Origin: Ancylonema sp.
Taxonomy: Eukaryota
Direction of reading: 5' to 3'
DNA length: 64,000 nt
Assembly (NCBI GenBank): GCA_050230475.1
Contig: JBFLGF010000167.1
Span: forward strand, 1-64,000
Under the pieces are notes generated by a model, which was not told the DNA's origin, made no database searches, and saw nothing but the letters and a program-made list of their open reading frames with translations. Shown here in pieces: positions 44,548-58,168 of this stretch; position 1 is the first letter of the stretch; each line of letters starts with the position of its first letter. The translations under genes were made by a program, and so were the position numbers.

Positions 44548-47007
44548 AAATTTATTCGTGTTTTCGATTATCTTTTAATGTTATTTCTAATCATATCCAC
44601 TCATATTAAATGGCCGTAACTCTTAGATAAACGTTTCTAGTTAGAGCATCCAGATTTCTTATTTTTTCATTTGTTATTTTCCGAAGTCTTCGTAACACAT
44701 AGGTGTGCGCTCCTTTATGTAAGTCGATACTCGTCGGCTCATCGTGTCTAGTTATTACTTTGTGTTACTATGATACGATCCGATCGGCGCGCCGATCATA
44801 GGTGATTTTTTTTCATATGCACCAATTCTGGTGGAAGACCCAAATTTTCGTTCTTTGCTTTTTTTCCCCTGTGTTTGGGCCTGATCCGATCGGGGTATCT
44901 CCGATCCGGGGCCGACCCGGTTTTTGGATCGGGGGGGATCGGACCCCACTGTGGTAGTGATTGTTCAAACTATGATAGTTGATTCCGTGGTAGGACATCC
45001 GTGATGGGCTGTAATGTGGACATTTTTTGACCATCAAAACCCGCCTTATGCTCGTAGAAAGTAGATAGTAGCTCTTTACTAAAGTAAAGAGCTATGCCAC
45101 TCAATTCCATCTTTACATGTTATCCTCAGCTTTGCTTGTTGGTATCATGGTCTTAGTAAACACAGCGTATCCTCCCCTTCTACGAGAACCGCGTATAATC
45201 ATGCGTAATATCTTCAGCCGATACAGGATATCACATTTCGTATGTGCACATTCAACTTGCTTTAACCTCAAACCTGTATCCGACTTCCTGAAAGCCTCTT
45301 AATTGATTTCGCCTATTTGTAACCCTAGGATAGCTCTTTGTATTAATTGCTGGCAAATTAATACATTATTCCTTTGTAGGATTTTTCCAAAGGTTGTTTC
45401 TATCTTTACCATCGTTGGTTTCGGATCCCCTCATCCCCTCTCCGGATCACATGTGTATAGAGTCCCATTCTCGGGTTTGGGCGACGCCAAACCGATTGTC
45501 TCCTAACTAAATCGAGACCAATGTGATCTTCACCATGGTTTTTGCCTTTCTCCACTATACTCTTCAAACTTGTATAGTCGAAACGTATATTGTATACATC
45601 GTTTATACATGTAACGACTTGTATGGGTTCACTTTCAAAGACATGGTTATGGTTATGGTTTCATAATCGCAAATTGGCACTACATACTCATGCAACATAG
45701 CACGAAAGAGGAAAGATGGGCTCCTTTATATAAGACGAGGGAAAGAAGAGCACTCTCCAAGCGTACTCGAGAATCTTGTACATCGTCTATTCCAATTTCG
45801 AACGGACAGATCCAACCAATACAACGATACACATTATTCTATGCTGGCGCTACGGACGACACACCATGTTTTATCAACTCCCGTAAAATGCTAGCTTGAA
45901 CTCGGTCCGGGAGCTTGCCTATCTCTACCTCCAACTCTTTTAAATTCTGTGCCATGAATCCAATGCACATTTCTTTAACAAGCGCCGTTCCGTACATGTG
46001 AGAATCGATGAAGTTGGCAATCACATTTCCTTTTGTGATGAGGCTTTCTTTCGATTCTTCCACATACTTGGTCATTTCGGGCACGATGTACTTGTCCCCC
46101 ATCGCCCATAGTTGAGCGACGCAAAGGCGCTTCGAGTCATGTGAGGGCACCTTATCAGTGTACACAAACTCCAAAAACTGATTCACAGCAATAGTCGTGA
46201 ATTCCTTCATTTCAACACATTTTGTTTTACTTTCCTTCATGCCGCTTATGAGCATGGCCCTCATCACGGGAGAAATAGCATTCTGCATCACAAAACGGAG
46301 AAAAAAAACAGTATGATGAGGACGTTTCATCAAATCGTCTCCGATTTGCATCATTCTATCACAGAACTAGGTTAACACAGTTTCCTCCCTCACATGGAAC
46401 CACTACCTAAACGAATGGTCTCTTATTCCACATCCATGTTGATATCAACTTTCAGAAGCATTGTAAGACATCTAATTCAAACACTCACCACTATTGTGCT
46501 TTTTCGAGTCACGTATGCACATTGCGATTGACAACTTTGAAAGTTGAAATTCAAAGAGAAGCTTATAAAAACTTGGCGCTATGTAAGTCAAACAACGTCG
46601 ACTTAAAGATGCGTATCTCATGTGTAAAACATACAATAATCTTTACATATATTTGATGCACACCAGTAAGCAAAATATAGCATAAGGCATACAAAAAAAA
46701 TCAAACCAGATTACCCCCCACCCTCAACATACAATATAGATTTCTTGAGATGATGAGCAATGCAATGCACACGTAACACAATATTATTAAATTTCCAGAC
46801 ATTCTATCCCATCATACAAGCAAGCCCTTACTCTCTACAAGCCCTTCTTTTCTACACAGCATACACCCACCCAAAAAACAACGTACCAATACGAGCATGT
46901 GTGCGGGAAGGCTCTCCGTGCTTGTTTTGATACTAACATCCGCACTCTCTTCGTCTTCTCGCAAGTCCCAGAGCCTCTTCCCGAGCGTAGTGACGGAGGT
47001 GTCCTTC

Positions 47008-47066
47008 GCCACATCAGTGTGCCACATCAGCGTGCCACGTCAATGTGCCACGTCAGTGTGCCACAC
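47008..47066 (-). repeat. 13-bp tandem repeat (TGGCACACTGAYG) x4 at the start of exon 4
   Basis: On the minus strand: tggcacactgacg tggcacattgacg tggcacgctgatg tggcacactgatg. Confidence 0.85.
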
Positions 47067-48195
47067 ATACGAAATGAACCATAAACCGAGAACACTCCCA
47101 AACTTTATGCGACTAGAATGCGTTCCTTGTCTCCTAAAGTATGATTGTCAACGTCTTCCATGTATCCTTCCGGTTTGAAGTATGAAGACAAAACAACTAT
47201 CATCTCGCGACCACTCTATTGAGGATTGGTTTTTTCACCAAACACCATCACGTCGAAAGGATGTTAGAGAAAAACTACCTCTACAAGCATGCTTCTTGGT
47301 AGTACGTACTTGCGGAATCCCAAATGGATAACACTTGCTAACATGACGTTTACTACAAAAACGCAACCAACCATGCAAACGTTTTCAACCCAGATAATGA
47401 CCAGTAAAATGTCAAAAATCGAATTGTATGCACTCACAAAGTGGAAACCTTTTGAACCAAAAACCAATAAGGCCTACGAAAGCACTTGCATAAGAAAAAC
47501 AAATAGAAAATGGGAGTTCAAACCTCAATATGCACTTTGATCTTGAGCGTGTCCCCAACGAGGTACCCGTTATAAGGGTCGTTTAGTTTCTCCAAAGTGA
47601 GAAAATTGCAGTTCCCTAAGCCACAATCACTTTCAAATTCCCCTCTCTTATCTGCAATCAGTCCAAGCGTACCAATGCATCATCTCCCCCCAAAGCTTTA
47701 AACAACACAACCACGACGAGTACGTTTCCAACACACGTTGCCATATTCAAGAACTCAAGGCATACAAATCGTAGGTTGTGTCAATGCCTAAGCTTATCGG
47801 ACTGCAAGGTATAAAGATGGAGTCAATGGTCAATCCGTGCCTTACCTAGAACAAAAGACTGCCGGTCTTTCAAGTGGGTTTCGATGGTCAACGAGAAGAA
47901 GATTTCATCAATATCCCTATCCGTCTTGTTCATGAGGTATATACTTATGAAGCCCACGGTTTCCTTGTAGCCTTGTGGATGGACATCGATTCTCGTGCTC
48001 AAAACGAAATAGAGGACACATGGTCAAGATAGCTAAAGAAAGAGACCGAGGGAGTCTCACGGGGTCATCACTATTGGCGAAGACTTTGTAGCGCTCAGAT
48101 GCAAAGGCCATTAGACCATAGTGGAAACGAGTATGATTCGCCTACATTGAAAATCCGAGTGCTACACGTGTGTTTGATCAAAGTGTTATTATAGT

Positions 48196-48360
48196 ATAAT
48201 CTGTCTAAAGGAATATTGTATGAAGGAATAACCTCTTTGAAGGAATCAAAAATTCCGGTCACAAAACCGGATTTGTTAAGAACCGTCCCTGTCCAAGTGA
48301 ATAACCAGTCCACAAGAATATTATTTCCCGGTCCGGACATTATTTCTTTAGACATATTTT
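48196..48360. mobile_element. Small MITE in intron 1 of MATH-BTB copy 4
   Basis: ATAATCTGTCTAAAGGAATA / TATTTCTTTAGACATATT, same family as 20946-21110. Confidence 0.6.
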
Positions 48361-49130
48361 ACTACACTACTTTTTCCACACTAGCATGGTGACAAAGTAA
48401 GTTCATGCGAAATGGCACGGAACATGGAAACGGCCCCGATCTCACCAGATGTTTCCATTGTAGTGGAACTCCTCGGACTGCAGCTCGGCTTCTGTGACCT
48501 CAGAGAATTTGGGAATGGACCATACAAAAACTTCGCTCTCTTTCACATTTTTGTTGTCCATGGATGTGACGGAACCAGTGATTGCACCACGCAGCCAAAT
48601 CTCAGCAGCTCTACACCACGTGCAGTTAGCGAACCATTATCTTAATCACGTTAGCTAGTATGCTTTGCGGCTCCAGACCATCAAAGGTACATGGGCGAAG
48701 TCGGAGAGAGAAAATATTTTCCGAAATTGTAGACTATGGCAGCTAATGACCACAAAGCCTGACACCCAACGCCTACCGGATGAGCGCAAAAAGACGGAGA
48801 AGGAAGGCCACGAAAGCGATGCGAATGTACAACAGTGAAATGAAGGAGGACCAGTGATGCGCGATAAGTGAAGCCAGGTTTGTTGCACGCGTAGTTGGGT
48901 TTTTGGCTTGCGTGTACGCGTAGCGCGTAACTCGGTTTGAGGGTTACCCTTAATTAGTTTATTGAAGTTGATAACTCCCAGAGAGATAATCAGGGCCTAA
49001 ATTGCTATCCCTGGTTCGCAGCTGGGCAATTCTGCTCGGATATATGTCAAAGTTGATGGAGTCGCTGGTTTCAATTATTTATCTGAAATTGACTCATAAT
49101 CCAAGATTTCTTATCGAATACTACACACGA

Positions 49131-49216
49131 GACGCATTTTATTAAAGCACGACGGGAACCCCATCTGAGTACAACACCAACGTTATCGTACCAACCTAAC
49201 GGAACAGAAGAAGGAA
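49131..49216 (-). mobile_element. Short 3' tail of the CRE-like LINE
   Basis: Near-identical to 2346-2431 (gacgcattttatt..aagcacga.gggaaccccatctgagtacaacaccaacgttatc). Confidence 0.8.
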
Positions 49217-49755
49217 TACTACACCATTTTGTGAGACTGGAAAGTCGTGTTAGTCATCTTGTATTCATCAAAATCAAATGATACCTGTTGAGAGTTCTTG
49301 TATACTAGGAGAAGTTAGCAAATAAACATGTTTCTCTGTTACTCTTTTGGAAAAGGAGCAATGTTGGTGTCCCAGTCTCCCGTAACATCGCATATTAGAA
49401 CCCTACTCAGCCGTGTCCTCTCGTGGTGTGACCACGTGGAGATACGATATTGCGCATGCTGCCCAGGTCATGTTGCCAGTCCTCCTGCATCTTGTTGGCG
49501 TTGACTCGTCCTCCTGCTTCTTTTACCGCTGGAAACGGAACGAGGCTCCACAGTGGCCCTTGCGACTTCTTCCTCGTTCAGTTTGCTGGCAAGTTCTGTC
49601 TCCCGCACATATATGCAGTGGCTGAAATTTTGACGTTCTTGACGCCCCAAAATCACTATCCAGAGTCCATCTTCCTGTATACTGTGTCTACGAACAGCTT
49701 CGTCGATGCCATCCTCTGATATGGATTTATATGTTTACCAAACGCCGTCACAACC

Positions 49756-50672
49756 ATGGAAAGAGAACGAGGAAAAGTATGCAAAGAACTCTTCTTACGG
49801 ACCATACCACGATTTTCTGAGACCAAAATGAAGGTGCTGCAATCAAAGCATATGTGGTACTCCGTGATTCCTGTGATCATGGGGGTGTCACGCGCCTCCA
49901 AAGTTTGTGATAGAAAGACAGCCACGGACCTCTCAGCTGGCTTTTGTGACAAATTGTCATGTCTTTTGAAAGCGTCGGACATAGTGAGCGGTGGCATGTT
50001 TCCTTTCGCACGACATCGTGGGTGATGTAAATGGTATACTTTGTAAACATGTATCTGCATTTTGAAGCAACTTATCAGTACTTTTTGTCTATATTTCCTC
50101 CAAGCCAAATATCGTTCTGATTTCAGCCCCAGTTTGTCGTGACCCGCTGCGTCCCATTTTGTCACTCCAAGCTAACCAATTTAGGCATTCTTTTGTTCCT
50201 TTAATTCGAGCAGGATACTTTGAATTTATCGTAGCAGTGGTTCCTCTTCCACGGGCTTCATCAGCGTTCCCATGAAAAAGATGCATGTTGAGCCAACAAA
50301 CACGGTTTCCTATTCCTTCAAGCTGGAACGGCAAGATGAAGTGGCCACAACAAGAAGTAAGTCTCCCACAATTTGCGCCTTTGTTCAGATGCGAAGAAAT
50401 GAGAAGATGATGGAGGGGCGTGCGGTTGTTTACAATGAACACTCTTGGCGTTGCTTGCTTGGTGTTTGCCACAAGGTTTCTTCGTCCGTCTGACTGCCAA
50501 GTTCTTTCTTGGTAATACGTATGATTTATATTGATAAACATTTACCAATGCATTGACCGATGCATTTCCAAATGACTTCGAAATCTGGAGAAGGGAAAAA
50601 CATATTCAAACAACAGGAAGGCTGGGGTTGGACCGATTTTTAATCTTTGGAGCAACTGAACGACCTTGCACA
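49756..50672 (+). pseudogene. MATH(-BTB) copy 5, pseudogene truncated in exon 3
   Basis: Exon 1 from 49756 (MERERGKVCKELFLRTIPRFSE). Exon 2 50214-50356 (WIL*IYRS..GFISV). Exon 3 from ~50591 (GKNIFKQQEGWGWTDF*SLEQLNDLAH). Two in-frame stops; homology ends abruptly at ~50672. Confidence 0.75.
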
Positions 50673-50805
50673 CGTGATGTGAGCTTGAGAAAGCCTGAGT
50701 CCGAACAGGAAACGGCGTCTATACATGGCATCTGTGGCTGTCAGAGGAAGCAAACAATACAACATGCCGTCAGCAAGTGTCAACTGACCTGTGGGCCGTC
50801 TTAGT

Positions 50806-50892
50806 ACTAGAACTAGAATGAGTACTGGTACTAAAATGAGTACTGGTACTAGAATGAGTACTAGTACAAGAATGAGTAGTAGTATCAGTTAA
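50806..50892. repeat. 18-bp tandem repeat (ACTAGAATGAGTACTGGT) ~x4, within an unclassified insertion at ~50673-52495
   Basis: Directly visible tandem units. Confidence 0.7.
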
Positions 50893-51831
50893 GTACTGGA
50901 CGCTGGGAGTGAGCAGCAGGGCTGAGGTTGATGTCTGCGCATATCCTGTAGCTGCCTCAAGATGATGGCACGTGGCAGGTCGGGACGGCAGGTAGCAGGC
51001 ACGTCAAGTCAAGTCAAGGAGAAAGAGGGATCTTAAACGGACACTTGCGTAAAATTTGAATTAGTATTTGAGCAGGAGTAGATGTAAGCTGTTGCTAACA
51101 GCCGATAGCAATGACTAATGAGGAAGATGGGCATAGGCAAGAAAGGAGACAAGTTGAGACTAAACGGGGCAATGTGTACAGCGACACGCAGATGAAGATG
51201 GAGAGGGTTGCACTCAAAAAGTAGCCAACCAGTCGATCGGAGCGGAGAGGGAAGCAGGGTTAGGGCAGGGCAGGGCAGGGCATCGGTGAAAATGCTGAGG
51301 GAGGTTGGGGTGCGGGTGTGGAGACGGGGAAGGGGGAAGCACAAGGGTGGGGGTGAACCACGTATGATTGCAAGGGTTGGGGATAGGGTTGGGAGGGGAA
51401 AGAGTGCCATAAAAGCGGATCCTTTGGAGAACTAGTTCATTGAATTATATTTCTATTTAAAAAAAAAAAAAACTAACTATTTGAAATCGAATTTTCAATG
51501 AGGGCTTACACTAGTTGTTAGGGGTGTGGCCTGGTCATCACTGTACCGTGTCATGAGAGCTGCCATGTGTGATGCCAGCTGGCAGGAGGGGTAGAAGGAG
51601 GTGAGGGATAGGGGACGGGAAGTGGGGTTTAGGGAGGGGAGAGGGTAACGGGAGGCCTGCTTGGAATGAGGGTGCTTCTGGCACCTGAACTCGGGTTCGA
51701 TTCCCGGGGGCCGTTGGTGAAGGAGAGAAGACAGAAGGTCAAAATAGGATCGACCATCACCCCTCGGATAGGCGGCACTACACTCACTCCGTACATGTTT
51801 TTAGAAGTGTTTTATGTGGGTTCTTGCTTTA

Positions 51832-51863
<32 letters not shown>

Positions 51864-53569
51864 TGGGTTTCTTCAGTTTTTTTGAGGTGCTTTCGGGTTG
51901 TAGCGTAGTCTATGCTTCTCTCGACCGGTTTTGGGTCTTCACAGCGGGCGTGTGTCCAGTAAGGAAAATATTGTAAAAGGCGAAAGTAAAGTCCCCGCAA
52001 CTGCAAAGCCTCCCTGTTGTGAGTGGTGCCGCTCATGTAACTTAGTGACATCAGCTCCTGCCAGTTGCGTCCCTGATGATGTCATCAAGTCCCCTGTCTG
52101 GCAAGCGCCAGCTCATCTCCCTTCATGTTGCACTCCCGCCACTTCCGTTGCCGTGCTTCCACGAATCACAATACCCCCTTCTCCCCACCATACCCTCATC
52201 CTGTATCCCCTCTTTCTGTGCATCTCAGAAGTATTCCCCACCCCCCTCCCTGCATGCCACAACCTCGTGTGAGTTGTGGATAATTTCCACAGTCTTGGCC
52301 TCACCGCTTACTGTCCTTTCATTGACACTAAGAATGCTCATTTCCATTTATGGGGGGGGAGCCCACTTACTAGTTGGTAGGGATCAGAATAAAGAAGGTG
52401 GGATAAAGGTGACACTTGGTGACGACGGTTTCACTTGTGGGTAATGGTATGTTGTGGGGGAGTAGGTTTGGGAATCCAGGAGACTGGAGACTAGTAGAAC
52501 AGGATTTGTTTTAGTGTACGCCATGGATACGCTTGTGATACACAACATTGAGCTAACCCATTGTGTGCACTTTTCTCGAAATCATTGTTCGTGAGCATTT
52601 TCAAATCGGTAAAAAGAGAAGTGTGGGTCGATTGTGGGTTATAAGGTAGAGGTGGGTTTGAAACCGGTAACACGTTCATCATCAATTTCTTCTTACTTGA
52701 AGCAACAATTCTGCAAATTTGTGCAATGACATTAATTATAAAAAAATTGTCAATTTGTTTTATCATCTGAATGTATTAATTCTGTTTTTCCCCTCTATAA
52801 ACGTATACACTCATATGTAGGAGTTTTGTCATTTTTCAATACTTGGCTTATCTTTCCTCAATGCTCAAACTATGAACCTTCGATTTACTTCAAATGTTGA
52901 GTGTCTCTAGAAGCCTCATTTCGTCTTCTTATGATTGTTCGAAAGGAAATTGTCACTTAGTTCTTCCTCCACTCCACTTCAATATTTGATATGCTTAGTG
53001 TGGAGGCGGACTTATGAGAAAAAAATAGTAGATGATTTTATGAAGACATGTATGGATGTGTTGTGAGAATTGGCTAGAAACTTTGTTGCATAGAGAATAT
53101 TCGTTATATCGATTTTGTGGCAACATGCCTTCTTGCTATATATTTTAGCAAGTATTCGTTAGAACGATACATCAGACAAGGCATGTTTACTTAGGCCAAG
53201 TTGCGGCCGCCATAATATTCAATCGGACTCTTGCAATCAAGACTCGACTCTCTTGTATGACATGTGGCGAATAAAATTGATTCTGAAGATTGAAGCTATT
53301 GGTGTAAAGAAGGCATCATGGATGATGGTAACACTCACATGTGTGATGTATGTTAAACTCTAGGTCGCGCAAACATCATACAATGGGTTTTTTAACCTGC
53401 TAAACAAAGAAGTATCAGAAATAAGTTTGTTTTCAACTACAAAATGTATTAGTGGGAAACATCGTCCAAGCATAGCCGTAATTTTGGGAAAAGGATAGCA
53501 TAGTTTATGCCTTCGTGAAAAGGGGGAGTCTGTCTAGTGTAACAATACGACCTAGTACAATACTAGTGT

Positions 53570-54000
53570 TTAGGATGAAACACCATGCTTAATCAAGTGA
53601 CGAAGCATGCTAGCTTGGACGTGGTCTTGGAGCTGGCCTATCTCGTCCTCCAACTCTTCTAGTTCTTAGCCAAAAGCCTTGTGCAAGAATCTTTAACAAG
53701 CGTTGTTCCGAATAAATCAGCATCGATGAAGTTAGCAATCACATTTTCGAGTGTGACGAGGCGTTCTTGCGATGCTTCTACACACTTCGTCAGTTCGGGA
53801 ACAATGTACTTGTCCCCCATCGCCCAAAGTTGAGCGACGCAAAGACTCTTTGAGTCATGTGAGGGCAACTGATTTGTGTACACAAACTCCAAAAATTGAT
53901 TCACCGCAACATCCGTAAAGTCCTTCATTTCAACACATCTCATTTGAGTTTCCTTCATGCCGCTTGTAAACATGGCCCTCATCACAGGAGAAGCAGCTTC
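53570..54000 (-). pseudogene. MATH-BTB copy 6, orphan BTB exon with a 1-bp frameshift
   Basis: EAASPVMRAMF...CVAQLWAMGDKY...LLAKN, then a frameshift at ~53660 and the continuation EELEDEIGQLQDHVQASMLRHLIKHGVSS*. Upstream intron 54001-54420 aligns with intron 4 of copy 4. Earlier exons were not found; a gypsy fragment occupies their position. Confidence 0.85.
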
Positions 54001-56404
54001 CTGCATCACATCAATGATATAAAATGGAATTACGAGGGGGTTCCTTCAAGTCGTTTCTCATCTGAATCATTCTATCGCGGAAAACACGGTTTGCTCCGAC
54101 TCACGGGACCACTATTTAAACAAATGGTTTCCTATTCCACAACCATGTTGATATCGACTAGCACAAGCATTGTAAGGCATTCAATACTCCCACTCGTCAC
54201 CATTGTGCTTCTCGGTCACATATTCAAATTGTGAATGACAACTTTGAATCTGAAGGCAAATGGAAAACTCATACATTGAAAGCAATACAACCTCGACTTA
54301 CGCACATCCATATCACAAACATACAACGTACACGCTCATTCTCAACACGCATATCTACATTTATTTGGATGTATTTGAAGGTACACAATCAAGGAAAACA
54401 TAGCATGAGGTTCGCAAAAAATGAAAACCAAGTCGAGGGCGCGAGGCCAAAGGCGAAGTTCAAGGTTGGAGACTTCGGCCAACGGCTAGCTCCCTGGAGG
54501 TCAACACGAGGCCACACATCTTGAGGATAGTGGAACTCAGGGACTCAGGGATAGCAGTTCTTGGGGGTAGAGATGGGACGACAATGCAGGAGCAGGTGAA
54601 GCACATTGCTCATTCCACTGTACCGGTGGGAGACAAGAGGGTCTACCCAGAGTTGTATGATCGCGGGGAGACAACATATTGCCGGGTTTGTGGGTTGTGG
54701 TCCTACCCGAAGCGGATGGTGTTGTGCGACAAGTGTAACCAGGGGTATCACACGTGGTGTTTGACACCACCCCTGGTAGGAGTGCCGGAGGGAAGCTGGA
54801 CTTGTCCTCGACACTAGGTGAGCTTCTTACTTCAGAGTGAAGTAGTCACAAAAGACTCTACATCGGAACCATGCAATGTAACAGCGGAACCATTGCATGA
54901 AGAGCATAGAACCCCACACGGAACCATGCAGCAATGAAATATCGGACACATTGTATGAGAGGGATATGGTGATAATGGTGTTCCATATCACAGATATGCA
55001 ATGGATTGGCTGATGCCATTGCCGGAGGTATCTAAGACCTCCATGAGGGGCATGCATGAAGACCTCCATGAGGGAGGAGAAAGTGCAATGGATTGGCATG
55101 TGCCAATGCCGGAGGCATTGAAGGAAGACCTCCATGAGGGGCAGTTATGCAATGGATTGGCTGATGCCTTTGCCGGAGGCATTGAAGAACTCAAAAGGGG
55201 CAATAATCAACTTTCTGCAGGAAGTGTGATTGGTCAACTTCTATGAGAAATGTGACACTAACCTAACCTCAATTCACTAAGTCAATAAAAACTTAAAACA
55301 TTGAGAAGTGAGAGGAGGTTGGCGCATACGGCTCAATCGAGTTTTTGAGGCCTAGAGACCAAAGGTGGATCCTTTGGTGGTAACACTCTAAACTTGCGGG
55401 AACTGGTTTGGGTGTGGGTGATTTGACCAACTCCTCAGATAAGTGTGGGGTGAGGGGCTAGCTACCCCAAACCCACCAATATCTTGGAGGAGTAGGTGTT
55501 TCTAACTTCTAACCATTGTGCATGGCAATGATGGGAAGTGTAGATCATGCAAAAAAAAAATCTCGGAGATTACCAAACCGGGGTCGCGGGAGCTTTTCCC
55601 CGTCTTGGGGGGGGGAGTGAGCATTAATTTGAAGTGTGTTGTGAACGCGCGAGTTGCGGCACCGCATGCCGTCTAGGCGCGGTGATGGGGAGCGGTGCTC
55701 GGTAACTGCATGCCGTCTAGGCGCGGTTATGCGAGTACGCGGTGTGCCTAGGGAGATGGCCTAGCTATGTGATAGCTTGTACGGTCGTGTGGACCTTGTT
55801 ATAGTCACGATGTGTACGGTGTGCCTATACGGTGTAGTGCTTGCACGTGTAGCCGTACACGAGACATAGGTACGACAACTGTCATACTTATTCCAGTCGC
55901 ACGTGCGGCACGTGTGTGCCGTACGGTCCTGGCCGGGTGACCCGGGTACGGTTGACGCCGCTACATGCGGTCTGCGTAGAGCGGTAGGCGGCTGAGGGCG
56001 GCTGGGTTATTTATTTGTTCGCGTTAGAGCGGCAACGGGCGGGAGCCCGCAGGGGCCCGTCGGAATATTAATTGTTCGATAGAGCGATCGATATTCGATT
56101 GGTGTATCGAGGGATAGTTAGCCGTTTGACTTTTGGTTGCGGTTCAGTATAGCGGGTGTCAGGCCACGGGACGTTCCAGCGAAACGTGGTCGGGTCAGGC
56201 TCCCGGGTTGTGGGGTCATATAGTGCCATGCTGGCATGAATGGTCGATTGTGATCGTTAGCGATTTGCGACTTTGGGTAGGATATGCTTGGATTAGATGC
56301 ATCCGATCGGACGCATGCGTACGGCGTAGATTATATTCTAAGCGTACGGAAAGTGCAAGTGAGTCGGAAGTGCCTTGTTGGACTTTCGGACTATGTATAC
56401 TGAT

Positions 56405-58168
<1,764 letters not shown>

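Larger units (their letters stand above)
45839..48561 (-). pseudogene. MATH-BTB copy 4; all 5 exons present but splice lesions make it a probable pseudogene
   Basis: Exons 48561-48446 (MDNKNVKESEVFVWSIPKFS), ~47997-47846, 47651-47524 (GYLVGDTLKIKV), ~47066-46887 and 46282-45839 (open BTB exon). The exon 4 acceptor reads TAT rather than TAG, and a 13-bp repeat expansion introduces TGA. Confidence 0.8.

Noticed and set aside
49656..50541. 169-aa and 150-aa minus-strand ORFs
   Set aside because: They are antisense to MATH pseudogene copy 5 and show no domain similarity.
52995..53170. Possible decayed BTB tail (VEAD...MKTCMDVL) belonging to copy 5
   Set aside because: Similarity is too short and interrupted to support without a profile search.
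54860..55180. Spaced repeats (CGGAACCATGCA; ATGCAATGGATTGGC) as a possible CRISPR-like array
   Set aside because: Irregular, degenerate tandem duplications in a retrotransposon 3' UTR. There are no unique equal-length spacers and no cas genes, and the context is eukaryotic.
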